Assembly: GCA_043228905.1 (NCBI GenBank)
Contig: JBHGNT010000001.1
Coordinates: 4,898,001 to 4,962,000 of the forward strand
Length of the DNA: 64,000 nt
Origin: Azolla caroliniana
Lineage: Eukaryota; Plantae; Polypodiophyta
Direction: 5' to 3'
Shown here: positions 51,482 through 62,436 of the stretch, piece after piece
Numbering within the stretch: the first letter of the stretch is position 1
Layout: the number at the start of each line of letters is the position of its first letter
Notes under the pieces: model-generated
Databases searched by the model: none
Seen by the model: only the letters and a program-made list of their open reading frames with translations
Told to the model about the DNA's origin: nothing
Program-made: the position numbers and the translations under genes

Positions 51482-54109
51482 ATGGCTAAACTCAAGAATG
51501 AGAAAGAGATCATCGGCACTCAGGATGCTAAGAGAGATTCTGCATTTGTTGTGGAGTTGCTCAAGGCTTGTGCAAAGAAGAAGGATGTCTCCAGAGGCAT
51601 CCAATTACATGCTGATGCTCTGAGAAGAGGCTTATTTCAAAAAAACTCCTATGTATCCAGTGTTGTAATAAGCATGTATGTTAAATGTGGCGAGCTTGCA
51701 AAAGCTCAGAAAGTTCTTGAAGACCTTCCTGTTAGAGATGTGGTCTCTTGGAATGCTCTAATTTCAGGGTATGCCCAACAAGGACAAGGTAATCAAGCAT
51801 TAGATTGCTTTGAAAAGATGCGAAGTGATGGTTTCTCGCCTAATGATATCACTTTCACTTGCGTATTGAAGGCATGTGGCATCACAAATGGTATTAACCA
51901 AGGTATACAAATCCATGATGAGATTTCTAATAGAGGATTGCTGGAGAAAAACATTATTCTTGGTAATGCATTGGTGGATATGTATGCCAAATGTGGTGTG
52001 CTTGCAAAAGCGCGCCAGGTGCTTGAAGAGCTTCCGGTTCGAGATATAATTTCTTGGTCCTCACTAATTTCAGGATATGCCCAAGATGGGCAAAGCCATG
52101 AAGCAATCCATTGTTTTATGGAGATGCAAAGGGAGGGTTTCTGTGCAGATGAGGTTGCTTTCACTTCAATTCTTAAGGCATGTGGACGTTCAGGAGCCAT
52201 TGACAAAGGAAAACAAATTCATAATGAGATTATGAATAGGGGCTTGCTCAAGAAAAACATTGTTCTCGGAAATGCATTAGTGTACATGTATGCCAAATGT
52301 GGAATGCTTGCAAAAGCTCGGCAAGTGCTTGAGGAGCTTCCTATCCGAAATATAATCTCGTGGTCGTCACTCATTGCTGGGTATGTCCAACATGGATACG
52401 GACATCAAGCTTTGAATTGCTATGAAAGAATGCAAAAAGAGGGCGTTTCTCCAACTGAGATCACGTTCATTTGTATTTTGAAGGCCTGTAGTAGCATAGG
52501 AGATTTTGGAAAGGGTAAACAAATTCATGATGAAATTACTGCAAGGGGCTTGTTGAAACAAAATATTGTGCTTGGCAATGCTTTGATCGACATGTACGCG
52601 AAATTTGGCATGCTTGCAATGGCACACCAAGTACACAAAGAGCTCCCTATTCGAGATGTAGTTTCATGGAATATATTAATTGCAGGGTATGCCCAATATG
52701 GTCAAGGCCATAGGGCGCTTGATTGTCTTGAACGAATGCAAAGAGAAGATATCTCCCCCGATGAGTTCACCTTCACTTGTATCCTTAAGGCCTGTGGAAG
52801 CATAGGGGCTCTAGAGGAAGGCCAAAAAATTCACGGTATGATTATGGATAGAGTCTTGGTAATTAAAAACCATATGGTAGGGAATGCACTAGTAGATATG
52901 TATGCGAAATGCGGTGCATTTGAAAAGGCAGGACATGTGCTTGAAGATCTTCATGTGCAAACTGTAGTCGCTTGGAATGCATTGATTGCAGGATATATCC
53001 AAGCAGGGAAAGGTCATGAAGCACTGAATTGTTTCGCAAGGATGCAAAGGGAGGGTCTCTCTCCTGATGATGTCACTTTCACTTGCATCCTTACAGCTTG
53101 TGGTAGCATTGGAGCAATCAATGAGGGTGAAGAAAGTGAGAATAAGATTGTCAACATGGGTTTGCTGGGGAAGAATATTTGTCTTGGCAATGCTTTAATC
53201 AATATGTATTCTAAGTGTGGTGTGCTTGCTAAAGCACATCAAGTGCTTGAAGGCCTTCCGGTTCGAAATGTTGTCTCATGGAATACACTAATTGAAGGAT
53301 ATGCCGAACATGAGCAAGGGCATGATGCCTTAAATTGCTATGTTCAGATGCAAAGAGAGGGCGTCTCTCCAAATGAGGTCACCTTCCTTTTTATCCTGAA
53401 GGCATGTGGTAGCTTAGGAGCCATAGACAATGGGAAAAAAATCCATAATGAAATTGTCAGTGGCTGCTGGCTAGAAAAAAGTGTTGTTCTTGGCACAGCT
53501 TTAGTGGACATGTATATTAAATGTGGTGTGCTTCCAAAAGCACGAGAAATACTTAAAGAGCTTCCCGTGCGAGATGCCATCTTGTGGTCAACATTGATTG
53601 CAGGATATGCTCAAGAGGGGCAAGGCTATGAAGCACTTAACTGTTTCATGGAAATGCAAAGGGAGGGTTTCTCTCCAGATGAGGTATCTTTTGTATGTCT
53701 GTTAACTGCATGTGCTCATTCAGGGATATTGGATGAGGCCCAAAGGTACTTTGAGAGTATGAACAGAAGATATGGAATCATACCAAGATTAGAACATCAT
53801 ACTTGCATGGTGGTGGTTTTTGGTTATTCTGGGCAATTCGAGAAAGCAATGTCTGTGATTAAGACGATGCCATCTTCCAACGATCCATCAGCTTGGCTTG
53901 CACTGCTGGTTGCTTGTAGAAAATGGGGTAATGTCAAGCTGGGAAGGTTGGCATTTGATCAAGCAATACAATTGGAAGGGAATCTTTCATCTGCTTTTGC
54001 CATTATGACAAATATTTATGCAGCCGCAGGTATGCAAGAGGATGCAGAGAAGATTGAATCCATTAGAGCTAATAATGCTGTATGGAAAAGCCAGGATGAT
54101 GCAGATTAA
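51482..54109 (+). CDS. PLS-class PPR protein (~23 motifs + E1/E2; no DYW)
   Basis: The ORF is open from 51428 (TTG) and the first in-frame ATG is at 51482. PLS triplets, LTACAHSG...EHHTCM, WLALLVACRKWG, NIYAAAGMQEDAEKI. Confidence 0.95.
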   Translation: MAKLKNEKEIIGTQDAKRDSAFVVELLKACAKKKDVSRGIQLHADALRRGLFQKNSYVSSVVISMYVKCGELAKAQKVLEDLPVRDVVSWNALISGYAQQGQGNQALDCFEKMRSDGFSPNDITFTCVLKACGITNGINQGIQIHDEISNRGLLEKNIILGNALVDMYAKCGVLAKARQVLEELPVRDIISWSSLISGYAQDGQSHEAIHCFMEMQREGFCADEVAFTSILKACGRSGAIDKGKQIHNEIMNRGLLKKNIVLGNALVYMYAKCGMLAKARQVLEELPIRNIISWSSLIAGYVQHGYGHQALNCYERMQKEGVSPTEITFICILKACSSIGDFGKGKQIHDEITARGLLKQNIVLGNALIDMYAKFGMLAMAHQVHKELPIRDVVSWNILIAGYAQYGQGHRALDCLERMQREDISPDEFTFTCILKACGSIGALEEGQKIHGMIMDRVLVIKNHMVGNALVDMYAKCGAFEKAGHVLEDLHVQTVVAWNALIAGYIQAGKGHEALNCFARMQREGLSPDDVTFTCILTACGSIGAINEGEESENKIVNMGLLGKNICLGNALINMYSKCGVLAKAHQVLEGLPVRNVVSWNTLIEGYAEHEQGHDALNCYVQMQREGVSPNEVTFLFILKACGSLGAIDNGKKIHNEIVSGCWLEKSVVLGTALVDMYIKCGVLPKAREILKELPVRDAILWSTLIAGYAQEGQGYEALNCFMEMQREGFSPDEVSFVCLLTACAHSGILDEAQRYFESMNRRYGIIPRLEHHTCMVVVFGYSGQFEKAMSVIKTMPSSNDPSAWLALLVACRKWGNVKLGRLAFDQAIQLEGNLSSAFAIMTNIYAAAGMQEDAEKIESIRANNAVWKSQDDAD

Positions 54110-55453
54110 CTGATGCCTTTGAGGTTCCTGGATGGATTTGTATGAAGGTTCTCTTGTTTCCTAGGACATATTTTTGCTATGAAGTAAAATTGTCCATATC
54201 CCATTCTTCTGATTTGCAAACTGTCGTGTTTTGCAAAGTGCTTGAATAGCTTTATGTAGGCTGTTATACCACTGGTAAAAGGATATACAATAACTGCAAG
54301 GAGACTCAAATGTACGACATGGTAATGAACAAGGAAATTGTGTGGTGATTGTATCTGTAATGCATAAAAGTTTGGTGAAACAATTTCTGTGATGGAAGAT
54401 TGATGATACAAAGTTAATGCACATGGAAAGACATACAACTGAACGTTTTAGATGGGATTAATATATAACAAGAAGCTTCCTATGCAATGAATCAATATAT
54501 TTCATGATTTGCTACAAAACCAAAAATTAATTCCTTATTTTTTGAAAGAAATGAAAACACAACTGAAGATAACAGTGAGAAATGGAAAGAGACCAACAAG
54601 ACTCAAGATCTGTCACTGATCTTGCCAAGAGATATGAGAAACAATAGATTGCTTCGCCCATTTACTGTTCTCTTATTGAGCTTTCGATGGTGATCTGGAT
54701 GAGAAATGCAAGACTGTCACCTGTAATGATGATTCAAGGAGTGGTGATGCTTGGTTTATATATGTGGCAACCCTATCACCCGTGGCCTGGTGTGAATTTC
54801 CCATTTCAGGTATGATAAGAGGGTACTAATCAGTCAATATCACCTTATAACCATCATGGACTATAAACAACTAGACCTCTTCAAGTGCCACAGACCCTGG
54901 CAGGCCCATAAATTGCACGTAGCCTGAGTGTGATATGACGTCAGGATACATCATTGTCAAAACCGGGTATCCTGTAACCAAGCAATGTTGATAATGGCTC
55001 CCCTAATAATTGTTTCATACAAAATTTGAGTTGCCAAGAGTGGGCATTTGAGATAGCTCTAACACCTTGATCTCCCCAGTGTGATATGTATTTTTCATCA
55101 TTGTTTATGGCTGTTATCTTAATTGTTTTGTTCTGTCCTCTTGTTCTTTGTTTTCCTTAATTCATCTTTCTTGTGCAGTCTGACATGATTTATAAAAGTA
55201 CACTGGTTGCTCATTGATTCTACATTGTTTAATATAGGTTCTTCTCTGTGTCCTGCTTTTTAATGAATGTGGTTTAGCTCCGTAACTAGAACCTTCTGCT
55301 TCTTTGACCTTTATAAAAATCGAAGTTGCACAGTATGACGGTTACTATACAGCGGAATGCTTCTCAAAATATGTAATGTTTCCTCTCATGTTTTGATCTC
55401 TTCAAAGGTTGATTTCTTAGAGAAAAAGTCTCCTGGTTCGACAACTCACATGC

Positions 55454-57352
55454 TCATTTTGTACAAACTATTACAGAATCATTCGATCCCATAGAGTCAT
55501 GAACATAGACATTTGGAATGTCATTATCAAGTTGTAATGCATGATGAAGAGCCAACCTCCCCATCCCCATATTACCCCATTTTCTACAAGCGCTTAACAG
55601 TGCAAGCCAAACTGAAGGATGATCACAAGATAGCATTGTCTTAATCACTGACATTGCTTTCTCGAAGAGACCCCCACATCCAAAAACCATGATCATGCAT
55701 GTATGGTGCTCTAGATTGGGTGTGATACCATACTTTTCACTCATATTCTCATAGAAAGTTTGGGCCTCATCCAATTTCCCTGAGTGGCTACATGCATTGA
55801 GCACAGATAAGAAGGTTAGTTCATTCGGAGAGAGGCCTTCCCTTTCCATCTCTTCAAAACAGCTCAATACTTCATGGCAATGGCCTTCTTGAGCATAACC
55901 TGCAATTATGGTATTCCAGGAAACTACATCTCGCACGAGAAGGTTCTTAAGCACTTGTTGTGCCTTAACAAGCATACCACATTTGGCATACATATCCACT
56001 AATGCAGTGCCAAGCATGATATTTTTCTTCAAAAATCCCTGATTGTCAATCTCCTCATGAATTCGTTTGCCCGTATCAAGAGCACCTATGCTGCCACAAG
56101 CCTTCAAGGTGCAAGCAAAGGTGACCTCATCTGGAGAGAAGCCTTCCTTTTGCATGAGTGTAAAGCATTGGAGAGCTTCATGGCCTTGTTCATGTTGAGC
56201 ATACCCTGCAATTAGTGCCGACCAAGAGACTGTGTTTCGAACAGGCAACTCATGAAGCACGTGTTTGGCTTTGTCAAGCAAACCACATCTTGCATACATA
56301 TCCACTAACGCAGTGCCGAGAATGACATTTTTAGTCAGCAAACCGCTACTGATAATGTCGTCATGAATTTGTTTGCCTCTTTCAACAGCTCCTATGCTGC
56401 CACAAGCTGTCAATATGGATGTGAAGGTGACCTCATTAGGAGAGAGACCCTCTCTCTGCATCTTTTCAAAAGAATCTAGAGCTTCAAGGCCTTGGCCCTG
56501 TTGGGTGTACCCAACAACAAGGGCATTCCAGGAGACTACATTCCGGGCTGAAAGGCCATCAAGGGTTTCTTGTGCTTTTTTAAGCATACCACACTTGGCA
56601 TACATATCAACCAAAGCATTTCCGAGTGATATACTCTTCTTTAGCAAACCCCTATCAGCAATTTCATTATGAATTTCCTCCCCTTTGGCAATCACTCCCA
56701 TGCTTCCGCATGCTTTTAATACGCAAATGAAGGTCACCTCATTGGGAGAGAGACCTTCCTTTTGCATTCTTGAAAAACAACAGAGTGCTTCATGGCCTCG
56801 CCCTTCCTGTTTTGCATATCCTGCGATGAGTGTGGACCAAGAGATTACATCTCGAATTGGAAGCCCTTCGAGTACATCCTGAGCTTCCAGAAGCATACCA
56901 CATTTGACATACATATCAATCAAAGCATTTCCAAGTGCAACACTTTGATTCAAAAGGCCTCTATCAACAATTTCCTCATGAAAGTGTTTGCCCTTGTCAC
57001 CAGCTCCAATGCTACCACATGCCTTCAAGATGCAAATGAATGTGACCTCATTAGGAGGAGAGCTGCTTTCTCTTTGCATCTTTTCGAAACATTCTAGCGC
57101 TTTGTGACCTTGACCTTGTTGGGCGTATCCGGCAATGAGGGAGGACCATGAGACCACATCTCTAACATGAAGCTCTTCGAGCACTTTCTCAGCCTCTGTA
57201 AGCATGCCGCATTTGGCATACATGCTGATCAAAGTGCTGCCTACATAGGGGTTTTTTTCAAGAAAGCCTCTCTTGAGAAGATTTGCATGCAACCTTCTTC
57301 CTTCACAGAGATCCTTCCTCTTGCCACACAACTTCAGCAGCTCCACAAACAT
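55454..57352 (-). CDS. PLS-class PPR protein (~17 motifs + E1; no DYW), 632 aa
   Basis: PLS triplets, LNACSHSG...EHHTCM, WLALLSACRKWG. The sequence diverges at the start of E2. Confidence 0.93.
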   Translation of the reverse strand: MFVELLKLCGKRKDLCEGRRLHANLLKRGFLEKNPYVGSTLISMYAKCGMLTEAEKVLEELHVRDVVSWSSLIAGYAQQGQGHKALECFEKMQRESSSPPNEVTFICILKACGSIGAGDKGKHFHEEIVDRGLLNQSVALGNALIDMYVKCGMLLEAQDVLEGLPIRDVISWSTLIAGYAKQEGRGHEALCCFSRMQKEGLSPNEVTFICVLKACGSMGVIAKGEEIHNEIADRGLLKKSISLGNALVDMYAKCGMLKKAQETLDGLSARNVVSWNALVVGYTQQGQGLEALDSFEKMQREGLSPNEVTFTSILTACGSIGAVERGKQIHDDIISSGLLTKNVILGTALVDMYARCGLLDKAKHVLHELPVRNTVSWSALIAGYAQHEQGHEALQCFTLMQKEGFSPDEVTFACTLKACGSIGALDTGKRIHEEIDNQGFLKKNIMLGTALVDMYAKCGMLVKAQQVLKNLLVRDVVSWNTIIAGYAQEGHCHEVLSCFEEMEREGLSPNELTFLSVLNACSHSGKLDEAQTFYENMSEKYGITPNLEHHTCMIMVFGCGGLFEKAMSVIKTMLSCDHPSVWLALLSACRKWGNMGMGRLALHHALQLDNDIPNVYVHDSMGSNDSVIVCTK

Positions 57353-59278
57353 TTCTTGAATTGAAATTGTTTAACATAGTCAATCCTTTTTATTCCGTGG
57401 CCAGCAACATAAATTCCAATAATGCCAAGACCAAACAAGAAATATGGGAGAGGGAATTATGTAATGTTGTCATTCACCCTTATGTAATGTTATTAAACTC
57501 TTGATGTAATCTAGGTGAATCTCGATAGAGATGGCAAGCTTTTGCACGAGCCATGAAAACATGGGTGTAACGTAAACAGAACATTCAACTCACTTTTAAC
57601 TTATGTGTGGGGCAATTGATGGAGTTCATGTGATAATGGGTGTTAAAAACTGTGTTTTGAAGATACGTTCTATGGTTACCTATTTATGAGTGATCATCCT
57701 TGGATTAGTTCAACATTTGGTGCTCTACTTGGGAACATGTGAGAATTTCTATGCTACATCTAATGTGCCCATTCACATCAATTCTTGATTTACTTGGTGA
57801 ATATTAAACTTAGGAATTATATTGAATATTAGTAAAATACCTTAACAAACTAGACTATCTACCACTTTTGTAGTTATAAAAATAGTTTGGATTTTTTTAT
57901 TATCATTCTTGATTCATTTTTGGCACTATTGATGCATGACACTACAATATGACGATGAAGGCAAATGTTTTATCATAGTTAATTATTGTACGGTTACATG
58001 GACGACAATGTTCCTCAAAGAGAAGGGCGAGGCTCCCGAAAACTTTAAAGCATGCCATCATATGGTGGAGGAGGAAACAATCCTAGAGGTGAAATGTTTT
58101 AGACTTATTGTGAATGCTAGTTTAAGTTTATTATCATCAACAAGAAGTATGAGGTAGGACAACGTAGGTGATAGTTTATTATGAAACAACTTCTTGTAAA
58201 AAATGACCATAAGATCCTTCTTTTATACATATTTTAATTTGTTCCCTTTGAAGTTTCACATAAAACTCCACTAACATTCATTACATACATATACACACAT
58301 GTGTAGATATTAACAATGAATATTTATCATATTTATTAATAATTATATTATTACTTCACTAAACCCCAATTACCTCTTCTGTTGTTGTCATGTTGCCAAT
58401 GCCACGATGTGGAATCACCTCCAAAATGAGAAACTATTCCTTGTTAAATAAGCATGATGTATAACTTTTAAGTTTCAAACCTGATACCTTTCCTATATGA
58501 AGGAATATAAAAACCACTAAACTAACCATTATGTATTACATAAAAATGTTATTATAGACGTAGACAATTTAATCATTGTTTGTAAGTTAAAACATGATCA
58601 CTCAATGGCAACATGGGAATCTCATCTAGGGCGTGGGCACGAAAGGAAGAAAAAACAATTATCTTAAGTGTGGGAGTCGGAGAATACAAGAAGAATGTGA
58701 TTCCCAAATTCTCAAGAAGAGGGAAGATATCCCTTAGGTGTAAGTCAATACTTCAATAAATATAACCACATTGGTTTCATTGATGTAAGTCTTGTGTGGT
58801 GGATAATCTAATCTAGCCTAAAGGTTATGAGTTATTATTTTAATAAGTACAAATAAACATGTTGGGTTCAAACTTCAACCATGTGTTGTGATCTAGTGGT
58901 GAAGTATATATATATAACCTATTGTGAAGTTTGTGGGTTCCAGATCTAACTCCAATAAACATCTTTACAAATCATCTTTTCATTCCTTGATTGCCACTAG
59001 TGGATAGAGGGGCCAATGCTTGTCCACACATGTACAACATGCACTTCACGACAATGTATTCAACTTCATGGAGGCAAATGCAACTATAGCTTAGTTTTTG
59101 GATCACATATACTCTCGTTGATTGGTGGCATGAAGGCACATCCCCTCATTGATTGGTGTCATAAAGACATATCCTCTTGATGACCTTCTATCGTAGGCCA
59201 ACATCACTCTAATTTCAATTGGACCCCAAGTATGTGCGAGGTGGGATTCATACATCCTTTGACGTGGAAAACCCCACC

Positions 59279-59752
59279 TGTTAAGAGTCTATTACTAATC
59301 AATAGACCAAATCAAGTAAAAAGGAAGAAAATAGATTGGATAGAAGAACCCGTTCCACCCGACCACCCCCGAGCTATGATCTAGACATAGCCAACCTACC
59401 ACCGACGTCCCATACCGCCGGATATTAGGATGACTAATACCTTGGAAGAGATAAACACGATCGTCGAGACGAAAGCCTAGCCCGCACCACCAGTGTCTAC
59501 GACAGCAGCCTTCCGACGTGATGGTCTCTATGAGGGTAGCTAAGCCTCATATTTATACCTTTTCCTAGGCCCCTTGAATAGATGTGCCTTTCTAAAAGGC
59601 TCTCTATTCATTGGTTGTCTAAATCATGATGGTGCATGCACATATCATTCATTCTATCCAATCATTAGTCCCCTTTTTAATAATAGTGAACATACCCTTC
59701 ACTAATGTAAATATTAGTGACCTACCCTCACCAACGTTATGTGTACATAACA
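59279..59752 (-). repeat. 3' LTR of the gypsy element
   Basis: Direct repeat of 62437-62910, with TGTTA...TAACA ends. Confidence 0.95.
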
Positions 59753-59759
59753 TACTCCC

Positions 59760-62369
59760 CTACTTCAAAAGATTGCACTCTTGCAATATAAAGTGAGGAA
59801 ATTGTGCCTTAAGCGAATGCTCGCGTTCCCATGTGGCATCATCAATAGGTTTATCCATCCATTTGATCTTGAATAGCCGAATCTCTTTAGAACGTAAACG
59901 TTTAGTACGAGAATCAAGAATTCGTTCAGGAACATGAGGTTTGTAAGAAAAATCCTCTAATGTTACAAGATCTTGGATTGTGATGGTGTTATCACCAGAG
60001 CCTAAAAATGGTTTTAGACGACTGACGTGAAAAACAGGATGAATACCAACGTTACGAGGTAAGGTAAGGTGATAAGCAGATGACCCAACTCGCTTAAGGA
60101 TTTCAAATGGGCCACAATATCGTGGGGCTAACTTAGCGCACTTGCCCGTAGATAATGACGTAGAATCAGTCGGGACACGCAAAAAAACTTTTTGACCAAT
60201 AGTAAATGCACGAGGACGTCTATCCTGATCAGCATAAAATCGAGCACGATCTTGAGCTGTCTTGACATTTTCTTTGGCAATATGCAACATTTGGTTCATG
60301 TCTTGCAAAAAATTGCGTGTACTGTCTAATGTATCACGATGAATCGTGACATCAACTGGGGCACGCGGCTGAAAACCATACATCAACATAAAAGGACTAT
60401 ATCCAGTGGATGTATGTTTAGAGCTATTATAGGCAAATTCTAAGATAGGAAGGTATTGCTCCCACTTAGAAGGGGTTTTTGCTACATAAGCTCGAAGCAT
60501 GTCCTCAATAATTTGATTAACTCGTTCAGTTTGTCCATCAGACTGAGGATGATCTGCGGAACTCATGCTCAACGTAGTTTCTAGTTTCTTAAAGACCTGA
60601 GTCCAAAAGTCACTAGTAAACTTGGAATCTCGATCACTAACAATATCCATCGGTAATCCATAAAAACGAAATAACTCATCAACAAATTGATAAGCCAACT
60701 GTTGAGTGGTTACCGTGGTTTTTGTAGGAATAAATCTAGCTAATTTTGTTAGCCTGTCAACGACAACCCATATGGCATCATGACCCCTTTGTGTACGAGG
60801 TAAACTAACAATAAAATCCATCGAGATGCTTTCCCATTTATTGTTGGGAATATCTAAGGGATGTAAAAGACCAGCAGCTTTAAGTCGTTCCGACTTATTA
60901 ATCTGACATTGTAAGCATTGAGTTACGTATTTATGCACGTCAGAGCGCATCTTAGGCCAGAAAAAAGTACACGAGATGAGAACGAGTGTGCGTTGTATTC
61001 CAGGATGACCAGCAGATGGTGCATCATGACATTCATGAAAAATTTTCTGTTTAACATTTGGTAAATCTGGAACACAGACCTTTCCACTACGGTAGAGCAA
61101 ACCGTTTGTAATGTGAAAGGTCGCCTTCGAGGGTAGGGTGCTAGTATCGGCATCTAAACCAGATTCGGCTTTCGTCCAGTATTTTGAGAAATAACTGTCA
61201 TCAAGGTATTTCCCTCGAAGGTGATCTAAAAGATCAGATTTTATTTCCGTGAAGCTAAGCATGTTAACTTCTTTAATGCGACTAAGAGCATCAGCAACGG
61301 TGTTCATAGAACCCTTGCGATATCGTATGGAAAAATCAAAATCTTGCATAAGGTCAGCCCAACGGCCTTTACGACCAACAAGATCGGGCTGGTCACAAAA
61401 ATACTTTAATGATTGATGGTCTGTTGTAACCACAAATTTATTTCCATAGAGATAGTGCCTCCATGTTTTAAGTGCGTGTATCACCGCAAACAACTCTTTC
61501 TCTTGAACCGAATACCGAGATTGAGGAGCATCAAGCTTCTTACTTTCAAAAGCGATAGGGTGACCACCTTGATAAAGAACGGCACCAATAGCATAATCAC
61601 TAGCATCGGTTTCAATTGAGAAAGGCTTAGAAGGGTCTGGTAATAGAAGAGTGGGAGCCTGACACACATGCTCCTTGAGTGTCTCAAATGATTTGTCAAG
61701 TTGTTCATTCCATGAAATTGGTTTGACAGACTTACGTGGATGACCTTTTAAAAGGTCAGTTAATGGCGTAGTCAATTTGGAATAGTTACGAATTGATTTT
61801 CGTAAAAATCCAACAAACCCTAAGAATGATCTAAGTTCACGAATATTACGAGGAATGGGCCAAAGTTTAACCTTTTCAATACGAGAAGGTTCAATTTCAA
61901 CGCCATTTTCTGTAATTAAATGACCTAGGTACACAATAGATTTTTGGAAGAAGTCACATTTTGAATGTTTTGCATAGAAAGAGTTGTCACGCAACTTTCG
62001 CAAAACAAATCGAACATGTTGAACATGATCTTGCAAGGTACGGCTATATATCAAAATATCATCCAAGAAGACGACAACAAAATCACCGAGTTGATCTCGG
62101 AAAACATCATTCATCGCTTGTTGGAATGTGGCTGGAGCATTAGTCAACCCAAACGGCATGACTAAAAACTCATAATGGCCATAGCGCGTACGAAAAGCGG
62201 TTTTAGGAATATCATCCTCGGCGATGCGAATATGATGATAACCAGTTCGTAAGTCAATTTTCGTAAAATATCGAGCCCCGTGCAAACGATCAATCAAATC
62301 ATCGGCACGAGGTAATGGATATGCATTCTTAATTGTCATTTTATTCAAACGGCGATAATTGATACACAT
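59760..62369 (-). CDS. pol: Retrotransposon pol (RT-RNase H-integrase-chromodomain), uninterrupted but N-truncated
   Basis: RT: KIDLRTGYH, MPFGLTNAPATFQ, VFLDDILIYS. RNase H: TDASDYAIGAVL, ELFAVI, TDHQSL. Integrase: HHCC (H..H..CLQC), SMDFI, SDRD, GQTERVN. GPF motif. Chromodomain PERILD..IKW..DATWE. The upstream in-frame SKSPWGAPVLLVKKK abuts the PBS remnant. Confidence 0.95.
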   Translation of the reverse strand: MCINYRRLNKMTIKNAYPLPRADDLIDRLHGARYFTKIDLRTGYHHIRIAEDDIPKTAFRTRYGHYEFLVMPFGLTNAPATFQQAMNDVFRDQLGDFVVVFLDDILIYSRTLQDHVQHVRFVLRKLRDNSFYAKHSKCDFFQKSIVYLGHLITENGVEIEPSRIEKVKLWPIPRNIRELRSFLGFVGFLRKSIRNYSKLTTPLTDLLKGHPRKSVKPISWNEQLDKSFETLKEHVCQAPTLLLPDPSKPFSIETDASDYAIGAVLYQGGHPIAFESKKLDAPQSRYSVQEKELFAVIHALKTWRHYLYGNKFVVTTDHQSLKYFCDQPDLVGRKGRWADLMQDFDFSIRYRKGSMNTVADALSRIKEVNMLSFTEIKSDLLDHLRGKYLDDSYFSKYWTKAESGLDADTSTLPSKATFHITNGLLYRSGKVCVPDLPNVKQKIFHECHDAPSAGHPGIQRTLVLISCTFFWPKMRSDVHKYVTQCLQCQINKSERLKAAGLLHPLDIPNNKWESISMDFIVSLPRTQRGHDAIWVVVDRLTKLARFIPTKTTVTTQQLAYQFVDELFRFYGLPMDIVSDRDSKFTSDFWTQVFKKLETTLSMSSADHPQSDGQTERVNQIIEDMLRAYVAKTPSKWEQYLPILEFAYNSSKHTSTGYSPFMLMYGFQPRAPVDVTIHRDTLDSTRNFLQDMNQMLHIAKENVKTAQDRARFYADQDRRPRAFTIGQKVFLRVPTDSTSLSTGKCAKLAPRYCGPFEILKRVGSSAYHLTLPRNVGIHPVFHVSRLKPFLGSGDNTITIQDLVTLEDFSYKPHVPERILDSRTKRLRSKEIRLFKIKWMDKPIDDATWEREHSLKAQFPHFILQECNLLK

Positions 62370-62436
62370 TCGCCACGAACCTTCCTTCTTCTTGACTAAT
62401 AGAACTGGCGCACCCCAAGGTGATTTACTATACCAC

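Noticed and set aside
54330-54400. RKLCGDC and FCDG downstream of PPR2, reminiscent of DYW CxxC and FxDG
   Set aside because: The spacing is far too short and there is no HxE motif, so it cannot be told apart from chance.
46822-57364. Many 60-137-aa antisense or alternative-frame ORFs across the PPR genes
   Set aside because: Shadows of the repetitive PPR codon pattern.
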